Shown: in pieces, positions 19,580 to 28,642 of the stretch
Numbering within the stretch: position 1 is the stretch's first letter
How the letters are laid out: the number at the start of each line of letters is the position of its first letter
Assembly: GCA_963663865.1 (NCBI GenBank)
Contig: OY760686.1
Coordinates: 2,509,730-2,573,729 of the forward strand
Source of the DNA: Spirochaetota bacterium
GTDB lineage: Bacteria; Spirochaetota; UBA4802; UBA5550
Direction: 5' to 3'
Length of the DNA stretch: 64,000 nucleotides
Position numbers and translations under genes: made by a program
The notes under the pieces: generated by a model
Seen by the model: the letters and a program-made list of their open reading frames with translations, nothing else
What the model was told of the DNA's origin: nothing
Database searches by the model: none

Positions 19580-20623
19580 TTAAAACAGAAAGAATATACC
19601 TGTACCGGCGCCCGCATATACCGGAAACGATTCTCTTTCTGCGACTAAGCCGCAATAGAGGCTGAAGCGCATACCCACATTGTATGTCAGCATTCTTGAG
19701 GCGCTCAAACCTGCATCGGCCATGAACTCAATGGCAGGGCCGGACTGGTAGACGGTTTCACCCGAAGGATAATGGTAGCTCATGTACACGGCGCCCGCCC
19801 TTACAACCGGCTGAAGAGACCACTGACCAAATTCTGCTGCAGCATAGCACACCCTCAGCAGCAGGGGCACCTGCAGCATGTACCCCCCCAGAGTGCTTGA
19901 AAACTCGTATCGAAGCAGCCCGGCATCAACGCCCGCGGAAAGGCCCGGAACAAAAATGTCCCTAAACGACAGGGCAGCTCCGCCCCCAAACGCGTATTCC
20001 GCCCGATCGGCAAACTCTCCTGCCGGTAGCTGAAACGAGCCGTACAAATCAAAGCTTATATTGTCAACAGGCTCATCAACTGCCGTCTGATAGGACTCCT
20101 CGCGTTTCCGGGGATATCCTTTTTCGAGATACCAGCGTATATCCTCAACAATAAGGGCGCTCATCTTCTTCAGGTAGCGCCTGAGACTTCCCTGCCTGTC
20201 AATGCGCCTGACATAAGCGTAAAGAATGGAACCGTCTTCCACTCTGATGACGCGAATATTCAGAATTGCCTTGCCGAGCAGAGTTGAAATGCTGCCCGTC
20301 ACGAAATAATCGGCTGTGAGCATTTTTCCGGCCGAGACAATGGCTCCGCTGCCGGAGAGGTTCTCCTTCAGTGACTTCTCTTTAAGAATAAGGTCAACTC
20401 TCTCCCTTTCAAGTATGCGGAAACTGCGCGAGTTGAAAAAATTAAGCTCAATCTCATCCCTGAGAGTCTTCTCGAACTTTCTTGACTCCTCATCGAATTC
20501 AAAACCCGCAATGGCCACGGCCGGCCTGCTTTCAGATGCGGCAAAAGCTCCAGACACAACCGGAGCAAACGCACACACGGCAAGCATGACCGCACAAACA
20601 ATAATCCGAATTACTCTCTTCAA
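19580..20623 (-). CDS. Outer-membrane protein: N-terminal CsgG-like periplasmic domain plus a C-terminal beta-barrel-like region
   Basis: It has a signal peptide. A CsgG-family-like pattern follows (AVAIAGFEF…ERERVDLILKEKSLKENLSG…ADYFVTGSIS). The C-terminus has alternating hydrophobic residues and ends in …GIFFLF. Confidence 0.45.
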   Translation of the reverse strand: MKRVIRIIVCAVMLAVCAFAPVVSGAFAASESRPAVAIAGFEFDEESRKFEKTLRDEIELNFFNSRSFRILERERVDLILKEKSLKENLSGSGAIVSAGKMLTADYFVTGSISTLLGKAILNIRVIRVEDGSILYAYVRRIDRQGSLRRYLKKMSALIVEDIRWYLEKGYPRKREESYQTAVDEPVDNISFDLYGSFQLPAGEFADRAEYAFGGGAALSFRDIFVPGLSAGVDAGLLRYEFSSTLGGYMLQVPLLLRVCYAAAEFGQWSLQPVVRAGAVYMSYHYPSGETVYQSGPAIEFMADAGLSASRMLTYNVGMRFSLYCGLVAERESFPVYAGAGTGIFFLF

Positions 20624-21330
20624 TTTAACTTCGCTTTTATCTCACGGAAATATTCTCTGCAGCGCTCTTCGAAGCCTTCATCTTTCTTTAATGACTTTCT
20701 TACAATCCCTACAACCTCGGAGGTATCACCCCTGACTATTCTTGATGTCAACAGAACCGCTCCGTCTTCAGACTCCGCGCTTCCAAGCACGATGTACTCC
20801 GCGTTACTGTGCATTCCCGCAGACTGAATTACGCGCATCTGACTCCCGCTCCCCAGGACACGGGCGGCAGCTCTGTTCAATGCACTGAGTTCGGCGCTTC
20901 CAATCGTCTCTGAAGTAAAGCCCTGGAAACCTATAAGCTTCATTTTTATCCGGGGGGGGATATTGACCTGTTCAGTTTCTGTTTCCACCGGCTCCGGAAT
21001 TGATATTTCCGAAACAGCCTGCTTCTCTTTTTTTGAAGCAACATAGTACTTCACGCTGACAGCGGAAGCTGTAGTAACCGCTACAGCCGTTGATACCGCT
21101 AAAACCTTATTCACTGCCATAAAAAGCTTTATGTTCTTCATGAGATACATAAGAGCGGCAAATATAGCTGCCCATGCCGATATGAGGCCAAGCTCTCTGA
21201 GCAGCCTTTTCAGAACCCTTTCCTGCGACTTAATCGCGTGGCGTCTTGCCTCCCTGGAAGAGCTTTCGACAAGCTCAGCTCTGTCGAGAAGGCTTTCAAA
21301 AAGGAGGATATCTTTACGTCCAGACTTCAT
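20620..21330 (-). CDS. Putative membrane-spanning anti-sigma factor, cotranscribed with the ECF sigma factor
   Basis: The gene lies between the ECF sigma factor and the outer-membrane-protein gene, with 4-bp overlaps on both sides. It has two hydrophobic helices. A C8 tract on the coding strand sits in frame (residues IPPR). Confidence 0.4.
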   Translation of the reverse strand: MKSGRKDILLFESLLDRAELVESSSREARRHAIKSQERVLKRLLRELGLISAWAAIFAALMYLMKNIKLFMAVNKVLAVSTAVAVTTASAVSVKYYVASKKEKQAVSEISIPEPVETETEQVNIPPRIKMKLIGFQGFTSETIGSAELSALNRAAARVLGSGSQMRVIQSAGMHSNAEYIVLGSAESEDGAVLLTSRIVRGDTSEVVGIVRKSLKKDEGFEERCREYFREIKAKLN

Positions 21331-22049
21331 ATCAGATCCTCCACGCCCGTGATTCCTTTATTTCTTAAATTATGCATCATCTTCTTTATTACCCTTTTAT
21401 ACCTGTAACCTGTCTGTCTTGAGCTGAGATTAAGCTGTAAAGCGGCCTCCCTGCGGGAATAGCGTAATATAGCAATAAGCTCAAAGACGGTCCTGTCAAT
21501 ATCATCCTCGTAGTTCTCAGCGTTATCAATCTCCTGCTGAAGCACTATCCTCAGATCGTTTGAAACAGACTCCCTCAAATCTGAAAGATCATCTTTTCCG
21601 CTGTCGAGTTCAACCTGGCTCTCGCCTCTGCTCCTGTAAAACTGAGATATCCTGTTTCTTGCCACAGTCATCAGCCAGTTTTTTGGCTCAATTACTGTCT
21701 CAATATTCCTGTATAAATCAATGAATATTTCGTGGCAGATATCCTCGGCGTCTTCCACCTTCCCCAGAGACTTATAGACTCTGTTAAAGACAAGGGAATA
21801 GTTGTTTCTATAGCACTCAATAAACTCGGTCTTTAAGGCCTTATCGTCTTCCATTTCCACCATACACTGTATAAGATGATTTTTACACAAACTGTTGACA
21901 TATTTTTTTTTATTATCGGGGTTTTTTTGTGAAATTTGCAGCGATGAAGCCCAATTACACCTTAACTTCCCCGCCTGCGGCGGGGAGGAGTTGATGTTTG
22001 TGTCCTCGCAGTTTTTATCACTATTCAAATTTCCACTTGACATCTTCAT
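21327..22049 (-). CDS. ECF-subfamily RNA polymerase sigma-70 factor (probable true start at 21863, giving 178 aa)
   Basis: Region 2 reads …EDAEDICHEIFIDLYRN…WLMTVARNRISQFYRSR…. Region 4 HTH reads …LRYSRREAALQLNLSSRQTGYRYKRVIKKM…. The 62 aa upstream are low-complexity and likely not translated. Confidence 0.75.
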   Translation of the reverse strand: MKMSSGNLNSDKNCEDTNINSSPPQAGKLRCNWASSLQISQKNPDNKKKYVNSLCKNHLIQCMVEMEDDKALKTEFIECYRNNYSLVFNRVYKSLGKVEDAEDICHEIFIDLYRNIETVIEPKNWLMTVARNRISQFYRSRGESQVELDSGKDDLSDLRESVSNDLRIVLQQEIDNAENYEDDIDRTVFELIAILRYSRREAALQLNLSSRQTGYRYKRVIKKMMHNLRNKGITGVEDLI

Positions 22050-22222
22050 TTTTTATTAAAAAACTTTCCACGAGTTAGCGGCGGAAATCAAGCCGGCTTG
22101 CGCGTCAGCATGAAAATTGCATGGTTTAATCAAAAGCTTTGATTTTCCTTATACTCTCATTTATATATATTTATTTTACTATATGATTTTAACTCATATT
22201 TTTTCATAATAAATATGGCTGG

Positions 22223-24742
22223 TTGATTTTGTCAATTTATAAGAATATAAACAAGCTCTCCATAAGCTTCTTCTGGATATGGCTGACCATTTCAGCATGT
22301 TTCCTTCACGTTTCGTGCGGGAATTACATCAACGACATCAAACCGTATATTCCCGCACCCCTGTCTTCACTCTCAATTGGAAACGGAAGCCTCAACCCCG
22401 AGTTTGACAGCCTGACGACCAGCTACGAATGCGAGGTCCCCTACAGCACAGATTCAATCTCGCTTAGCGCGGATGCTTCATCCTCGATTAAATTCTACGT
22501 TGACGAAATTCCGCTTAAGACAGAGAGCGGGACAGTGATTATTGAACTCCATCCCGGAGTAAATATTGTATCTATCAGGACTTCAGCTCACGGCAAGTAT
22601 TCGCCCGGAGAATACATCCTGAGAATTAACCGTTTGCCGTCAAGCCGTCTATCATCGCTCAACGTTGAAAACGGGCTCCTTGAACATGAGTTTACACCTG
22701 ATACATCCGAATACACACTTTCAGTATTTTATACATACGACCGAGTGAACCTTACACCGTTTACTGAGGACCCTGAGGCTGAAATACGGATAAACGGAGG
22801 CATCATTCAAAGCGGAGAATCAAGAACAGTAAGGCTGTTTTCAGACGGAAATGAGGACACCATCATCGCGGTCACTGCCTCAGATGGAAGCATTGCTGAA
22901 TACACTTTCAAAATAAGACGTCAGCTGATTAGCTCATGGACTGAACACACTGTTAACGGATCTGTGGGCTCATCCCGCTGGAACAGCGTAGCGCTGTCCG
23001 ATGACGGAAACACCATTGCTGCTGTTTCAACCGAATCAATCTTCAGAACTTTTGACCAGGGTGATACATGGCACGAGATGACATCGCCTGTTATCAGAGG
23101 CTGGACTTCCGTTGCGCTTTCAGGGGACGGAGCGGCCATGACAGCCGCCGGCCCGGATGGCATTTGGCTCTTTGATTCGTCCGGCACTGACGGCACTCTA
23201 TGCGCGGGCACGGCCGGACCTGACTGGGCTTCTGTCTCTTCAAGCCCGGACTTCTCCCTCCTCGCAGCTTGCGCTTTCGGAGATTACATCTACACATCCT
23301 CCGACGGGGGAAACACCTGGGACATGAGGACTTTCTCCGGGGAACGCGACTGGGCTGATATAGCAGTATCTCCCGACGGCGCTTTCATTGCCGCGGTCTG
23401 CAAATCGGGCAGCATATTCACATCCTCAGATTCAGGGCTTTCCTGGAATGAAACCGCCTCGGCTCCAACGGGAGCAGGACCGTGGATTGCGGCTGCCGTG
23501 TTCAGCTCGGGACTGATTGCAGTCTGTTCAGAAGCCGGCTATATCTACAGCACAACAGACGGGGGCTCCACCTGGTCAGAGCACCCTCAAACCGGCGTGA
23601 GGAACTGGACTGACATCTGCTTTGATTCCGCTGGCGAGATTGTTGCATCCGCTTCGAACAGCTACATCTACAAATCCGGAAACTCGAGGACTGAATGGAC
23701 TCAGATGATATCATCCGGCAGGGACAGCTGGAGTTCAGCGGCCGTTTCGGGAGCAAATGTAATTGTTGCAGCTTCCAACCCTGGAAGGCTCAAAATATCT
23801 TTGAACTCAGGACAGATTTGGAATGAGTTCAACGGTCCCGACATACGGCTGTGGACTTCAATAGCATCCTCTTCAAACGGCCTCCGCTTCGCTGCCGCTG
23901 ACTGCGGCGGATACATATATACATACCCTGACCCTGACACGGATGAACTGTGGACCGAGCATCAGGCTGCCGGCAGGCGGAAATGGGCCGATATCGCCAT
24001 GTCGAATGACGGGTCATTTATAGCGGCCTGCGCGCCCTCCGATGGAATGTATATATCCTCAGACTTCGGGAATGCCTGGGAACAGCCAGACTCAACGTCA
24101 GGAATCAGCTGGAAGAGAATCGTCTGTGCTTCAGACGCTTCATTTCTGGCCGCATGCGCTACAGACGACTTCATCTATATATCCAAAGACAGAGGAAGCA
24201 GCTGGTCAGCCTGCGATACCTCCGGGCTTCGGAACTGGCAGGCCCTGTGCGTCTCAGCTGACGGGATGAGAATTGCCGCCTGCGAGGAATACGGCTATAT
24301 CTATACGTCTTCGGACGGAGGAGAGACATGGGCAGCAGAAGATTCTGCGGGAATAAGATACTGGCAGGACATAACCTGCTCAGCTGACGGCTCTTTTTTG
24401 TCCGCATGCGAAAAAGACGGTAACTTCGTTTTTTTTGAATCGGACAGTACAACCTCATGGCCGGCTGAGCTCCAGGAGTTTCAGCTTGAAGGCGACTGGC
24501 AGAGTATCAAATCGTCATACGACGGAAGAGAGATGCTGCTCTGCACAAGAACCGGCTCCCTGTACTTTTTCCATAATCCCGTGGATAATAATCCCGTGGA
24601 TAATCCCGTGGATTGGCCTTATTCCTTACAGATAATCGATTATGCCGGAACAGAGGGCTTTAATTCAATCGGGGCTTCGGCAAACCTTTCACGCATAATG
24701 GCAGCTCCTGCATCGGCAAGCACTCTTCTTTTCTGCGAATGA
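22223..24742 (+). CDS. Large surface lipoprotein: two cadherin-like beta-sandwich domains, about 12 BNR/Asp-box repeats (double beta-propeller), and a C-terminal NPVD tandem repeat
   Basis: It has a lipobox (LHVSCG). The segments …LSSLSIGNGSLNPEFDSLTTSYECEV… and …LSSLNVENGLLEHEFTPDTSEYTLSV… are cadherin-like. Repeated SxDxGxTW motifs occur (SSDGGNTW, TTDGGSTW, SSDFGNAW, SKDRGSSW, SSDGGETW…). Confidence 0.7.
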   Translation: MILSIYKNINKLSISFFWIWLTISACFLHVSCGNYINDIKPYIPAPLSSLSIGNGSLNPEFDSLTTSYECEVPYSTDSISLSADASSSIKFYVDEIPLKTESGTVIIELHPGVNIVSIRTSAHGKYSPGEYILRINRLPSSRLSSLNVENGLLEHEFTPDTSEYTLSVFYTYDRVNLTPFTEDPEAEIRINGGIIQSGESRTVRLFSDGNEDTIIAVTASDGSIAEYTFKIRRQLISSWTEHTVNGSVGSSRWNSVALSDDGNTIAAVSTESIFRTFDQGDTWHEMTSPVIRGWTSVALSGDGAAMTAAGPDGIWLFDSSGTDGTLCAGTAGPDWASVSSSPDFSLLAACAFGDYIYTSSDGGNTWDMRTFSGERDWADIAVSPDGAFIAAVCKSGSIFTSSDSGLSWNETASAPTGAGPWIAAAVFSSGLIAVCSEAGYIYSTTDGGSTWSEHPQTGVRNWTDICFDSAGEIVASASNSYIYKSGNSRTEWTQMISSGRDSWSSAAVSGANVIVAASNPGRLKISLNSGQIWNEFNGPDIRLWTSIASSSNGLRFAAADCGGYIYTYPDPDTDELWTEHQAAGRRKWADIAMSNDGSFIAACAPSDGMYISSDFGNAWEQPDSTSGISWKRIVCASDASFLAACATDDFIYISKDRGSSWSACDTSGLRNWQALCVSADGMRIAACEEYGYIYTSSDGGETWAAEDSAGIRYWQDITCSADGSFLSACEKDGNFVFFESDSTTSWPAELQEFQLEGDWQSIKSSYDGREMLLCTRTGSLYFFHNPVDNNPVDNPVDWPYSLQIIDYAGTEGFNSIGASANLSRIMAAPASASTLLFCE
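24575..24613 (+). repeat. In-frame 12-bp tandem repeat (aatcccgtggat ×3) encoding NPVD-NNPVD-NPVD near the C-terminus of the BNR lipoprotein
   Basis: The repeat is directly visible as cataATCCCGTGGATaatAATCCCGTGGATAATCCCGTGGATtgg. Confidence 0.8.
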
Positions 24743-24790
24743 CGGCTGCTTTCCCTTACGGAGGGATTTTTTACCAGGTGAATATGAAAA

Positions 24791-25690
24791 ATGAAATGGA
24801 ATAAAATTGGACACATCTTCACTCCTGACGGCTCCATCCCCCTCATGAAAACACATGCCTCACTGCCGGTAGCGGAAAACGTAGACGGCCCTCTATTCAG
24901 AATTTACTTCAGCTCAAGAGACGACCTCAACCGTTCGCATACATTCAGCCTTATGTTCGATATAGAAAGCTTAAAAATTCTGTCGGTTGACATTGAACCG
25001 GTACTTTCTCCGGGGGAACCCGGTTTTTTCGATGACTCGGGGGCCATGGCCTCGTGCATTCTCGAAAACGAAGGCACAAAATACCTCTACTATATAGGCT
25101 GGAATCTCGGAGTCAGCGTACCATTCAGAAATGCTATTGGCCTTGCGCTGAGACGCCCGGGGGAAAACATCTTTACAAAATACTCTGAAGGCCCCATTGT
25201 TGACAGAAGTCCGGTTGACCCATGTTTTACCGCCAGCTCATGCGTCCTTTACGTGGGCGGGCTTTTCAGAATGTGGTATCTTTCGTGTGTATCATGGCTA
25301 CCCCGCCACAGATACAATATCAAATACGCTGAATCTGCCGATGGCATCAACTGGCGCCGTAAAGGCATAACAGCGATTGACTTTAAAGACGCTGACGAAT
25401 ATGCCATCTCGGTGCCGAGGGTCCTCGTAGAACAGGGCGCTTACGGGATGTGGTTTTCACACCGCGGCACTCCCGACGCTCCGGCGTATAGAATAGGTTA
25501 CGCGGAATCAGCTGACGGAATCACGTGGAAAAGAAACGATCAAAAGGCTGGGCTTACAACTTCCGAGTCTGGATGGGACTCGGATATGGTCTGTTATCCG
25601 TTTGTTTTTACCCACAACGGGACAAAATACATGCTTTACAACGGAAACGGTTACGGAGTTACCGGTTTCGGTTTAGCTGCAGAGGAATAA
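24791..25690 (+). CDS. Beta-propeller glycosidase/phosphorylase-like protein (GH43/GH32/GH130-type fold), associated with the glycan cluster
   Basis: Beta-rich W/Y/G-rich repeats are present (…YAESADGINWRRKG…YAESADGITWKRND…). The length is about 300 aa. Family assignment is uncertain. Confidence 0.4.
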   Translation: MKWNKIGHIFTPDGSIPLMKTHASLPVAENVDGPLFRIYFSSRDDLNRSHTFSLMFDIESLKILSVDIEPVLSPGEPGFFDDSGAMASCILENEGTKYLYYIGWNLGVSVPFRNAIGLALRRPGENIFTKYSEGPIVDRSPVDPCFTASSCVLYVGGLFRMWYLSCVSWLPRHRYNIKYAESADGINWRRKGITAIDFKDADEYAISVPRVLVEQGAYGMWFSHRGTPDAPAYRIGYAESADGITWKRNDQKAGLTTSESGWDSDMVCYPFVFTHNGTKYMLYNGNGYGVTGFGLAAEE

Positions 25691-25695
25691 TCACA

Positions 25696-26550
25696 ATGAC
25701 CAGACAACTCCCGAGAAAGCTGTTCATCTGCCCCGAATGCAGATCTTCAAGACTCCGATTCCGCAAGGACCGGATTACCTGCATGGGCTGTTCTTCTCAG
25801 TTTTCCGTAGATAACGGCCGTTACATATTCCTGAAAAATCCTCCTTCCGCCCTTGATTTACTTGACCGTATTAAATCAATATTCAAATCGTTTCCCCGGC
25901 TCTATTCGTTTATTGTCAGAACTTTCAGCCCTGTTTATTCACCGGACTTTACATCGAGATTTATCAGCGACTATATTCAGGACAAATCGCTCGTTTCAAT
26001 CAACCTCGGAAGCGGAGCCGTCAGTCTTTCAGATAATATGATCGACATAGACTGTGTTCCGTATAAAAACGTCAGCATCGTGTGCAACATTACGTCGCTT
26101 CCTGTTGCCGACTCAAGCGTGGACCGCATTCTCAACTCTGCGGTGCTTGAACATGTCCCCTCGCCCGAGGCAGCGGTCAATGAAATGTTGAGGATTATGA
26201 AACCCGGAGCCGTAATATGCTGTTACATGCCCTTCATTGTAGGCTATCATGCCAGTCCTCATGACTACTCAAGGCTGACAATCGAAGGCATGCGGCATCT
26301 GTTCAAAGATTTCGATATTGTATCACTCGATGTATGCGGCGGACCGACAAGCGGTCTGCTCTGGATTCTCCAGGAATGGCTTGCTCTTATTCTCTCCTTC
26401 GGTTCAAAGAATCTCCACCTTGTCCTTTACATCCTGATAAGCATGCTGACATGGCCAGTTAAGTATATTGATGTTATACTCAGAAAACACCCTGCATCAA
26501 GGAACATAGCAAGCGGTTTTCTTATAACAGCGAGGAAGCCGTCCCAATGA
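25696..26550 (+). CDS. SAM-dependent methyltransferase (type 11) with an N-terminal CxxC…CxxC zinc ribbon
   Basis: The true ATG is at 25696, directly after the upstream stop and a GAGGA RBS. The zinc ribbon is ICPECRSS…CMGCSS. The methyltransferase core reads …SINLGSGAVS…LRIMKPGAV…. Confidence 0.6.
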   Translation: MTRQLPRKLFICPECRSSRLRFRKDRITCMGCSSQFSVDNGRYIFLKNPPSALDLLDRIKSIFKSFPRLYSFIVRTFSPVYSPDFTSRFISDYIQDKSLVSINLGSGAVSLSDNMIDIDCVPYKNVSIVCNITSLPVADSSVDRILNSAVLEHVPSPEAAVNEMLRIMKPGAVICCYMPFIVGYHASPHDYSRLTIEGMRHLFKDFDIVSLDVCGGPTSGLLWILQEWLALILSFGSKNLHLVLYILISMLTWPVKYIDVILRKHPASRNIASGFLITARKPSQ

Positions 26551-27407
26551 TTCTCTGTCCCGAATGCGGCCTTCCGCTTAATAAAAAGTCATGCAGATGC
26601 GGCTTCAAGCTCGCAAAACAAAACGGCGTTTACCGCCTGGCAGCCGGCATTCCACACATCAAACCGGGGTACTCGGAGGAAGGGCATATCGTACTCAACT
26701 CGTGCGAAGAAAAACACTTCTGGTTTGTCATAAGACGCAGACTTATTTCAGAAGCTGTAAAGCGCTGCCTTAAGCCAGGCTCGTCTGTGTTCGACGCGGG
26801 CTGCGGAACCGGCCGGACAGCAATGGAACTCAGCAAAGCCGGATTTAAGGTAAGCGCCGGAGACATCTTTGAGCCCGGACTCAGGCTTTCCGCCTCCAGG
26901 ATACAGGGCCCGGTCTATCAAACCGACATATCAGATCTCCCATTCAGGGAGCATTTCGATTCTGTATGTGCCTTTGACGTTATTGAGCACTTTAAGGACG
27001 ATATCGCCCTCATGAAAACTTTTCATTCGGCGCTTAAGCCCGGGGGAATCATCTTTCTGACAGTTCCCGCCTACCAGTTCCTCTGGAGCCGAGGCGACAC
27101 TGAAGGCGGGCACGCAAGAAGATATAGCAGAAAAACAGTGAGAAACCTTCTCCGCAATGCCGGCTTTGAGCCGCTTGAGATACGCTATTTCTATCTATTT
27201 ATTCTTCCCCTTCTCTTTCTTCGGAAACTTCTGCTCATGTTCAGTCCGAGTGGGCATAAATCCACCGAGACCGGTACAGCCATAAATGAGGCAGTCAATG
27301 CCATCCTCATGTCAGCCGCACGTTTTGAGCACCGGATATTCCGCCGTAGCGGCCCTCCTGCTGGAGGCAGCATCCTGGCAGCAGGCAAAAAAATCGAGGA
27401 GCAGTAA
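26547..27407 (+). CDS. SAM-dependent methyltransferase with an N-terminal zinc ribbon (paralogous architecture to the upstream gene)
   Basis: The product begins MILCPECGLP…CRCG, then VFDAGCGTGRTAMELSKAGFKV…LKPGGIIFLTVP. The start overlaps the upstream gene as ATGA. Confidence 0.7.
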   Translation: MILCPECGLPLNKKSCRCGFKLAKQNGVYRLAAGIPHIKPGYSEEGHIVLNSCEEKHFWFVIRRRLISEAVKRCLKPGSSVFDAGCGTGRTAMELSKAGFKVSAGDIFEPGLRLSASRIQGPVYQTDISDLPFREHFDSVCAFDVIEHFKDDIALMKTFHSALKPGGIIFLTVPAYQFLWSRGDTEGGHARRYSRKTVRNLLRNAGFEPLEIRYFYLFILPLLFLRKLLLMFSPSGHKSTETGTAINEAVNAILMSAARFEHRIFRRSGPPAGGSILAAGKKIEEQ

Positions 27408-27411
27408 GCTA

Positions 27412-28545
27412 ATGCAGGTTCCCTTTAACATACCATGTCTGACCGGACTCGAAGAAAAATATCTGCTTGAGCTGGTCCGGTCAGGACGCTTTTCCGGAGA
27501 CAACCACTTCACGGCTGAATGCCGGGCACGCCTTAAAGAGCTCTATCCTGATTCAATGCCTCTGCTGACGACTTCCGGGACATCCGCCCTCGAAATGGCA
27601 TGCATCCTCACGGAACTCGGGCCCGGGGATGAGGTTATTCTCCCATCCTACACCTTTTCATCTACAGCAACTTGCGTAACAATGAGAGGCGCGGTGCCTG
27701 TTTTCGTCGATATCCGCCCCGATACGATGAATATAAATGAGCAACTGATTGAAGACGCGGTTACGGATAAAACACGCGCCATAATTCCAGTCCACTATGC
27801 CGGCATGCCCTGCGAGATGGACACGATATTGGATATCGCCGCAAAACACGGGCTGACTGTTATTGAGGACGCGGCACAGGCTGCTCTTTCGTTATATAGA
27901 GGAACCCCGGCCGGAGCTATCGGCTCCTTCGGCGCGCTCAGTTTCCATGAGACAAAGAACCTCCAGTGCGGAGAGGGGGGCGCTCTTCTTGTCAACAGAG
28001 AGAAATACTTCGGCAGGGCGGAAATCATCAGAGAAAAAGGTACCGACAGGTCAAAGTACTGGAGAGGAGAGATAGACAAGTACTCGTGGGTTGACAACGG
28101 ATCCTCTTTCCTTCCTTCCGAACTATGCTCAGCCTTTCTTCTCCCGCAGCTTCAGAGCGCTGAAGAAATCACGTCGCAGAGAAAAAACTCCTGGCGTCTT
28201 TACATAGATGCCTCGCAGGAACTCGTTGAAGCGGGACACATTGAGATTCAGATTATTCCCGAAGGCTGCGAAACTAACGGCCATATTTTCTACATTAAAA
28301 CAAGTAATATTCAAGTAAGGGAAAAGCTCATGTCGTTTCTCGAAACAAGAGGAATAGCGTCCGTTTTTCACTATGTACCGCTGCACAGCTCAAAGGCCGG
28401 AAAACGCTTCGGACGTTTCCACGGAGACGATACTTATACAACAGCCGAAAGCATGAGACTTCTGAGACTCCCCATGTTCCACGGGATCACCTCCGATCAG
28501 ATTCAGTACACAGTTGAATCAATTGAGGATTTCTACAGGGCATAA
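27412..28545 (+). CDS. DegT/DnrJ/EryC1/StrS-family PLP-dependent sugar aminotransferase (WecE/PseC-like)
   Basis: The product begins MQVPFNIPCLTGLEEKYLLELVRSGRFSGDNHFTAECRARLKEL… and continues …LTTSGTSALEMA…DEVILPSYTFSSTA…. It is about 377 aa from the ATG at 27412. Confidence 0.85.
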   Translation: MQVPFNIPCLTGLEEKYLLELVRSGRFSGDNHFTAECRARLKELYPDSMPLLTTSGTSALEMACILTELGPGDEVILPSYTFSSTATCVTMRGAVPVFVDIRPDTMNINEQLIEDAVTDKTRAIIPVHYAGMPCEMDTILDIAAKHGLTVIEDAAQAALSLYRGTPAGAIGSFGALSFHETKNLQCGEGGALLVNREKYFGRAEIIREKGTDRSKYWRGEIDKYSWVDNGSSFLPSELCSAFLLPQLQSAEEITSQRKNSWRLYIDASQELVEAGHIEIQIIPEGCETNGHIFYIKTSNIQVREKLMSFLETRGIASVFHYVPLHSSKAGKRFGRFHGDDTYTTAESMRLLRLPMFHGITSDQIQYTVESIEDFYRA

Positions 28546-28642
28546 AGCTCAACAGAAAGCCCGGGGCTTAGACCTAAAAATTGCTTTACATACGCATTTA
28601 TTTTTTTAAAAACTATTGAAAGAACCTGACCGGAGAAAAGCC

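Noticed and set aside
25525-25695. N-terminal extension of the first zinc-ribbon methyltransferase overlapping the glycosidase-like gene
   Set aside because: The ATG at 25696 follows the upstream stop with a GAGGA RBS. The extension overlaps the upstream gene in another frame.
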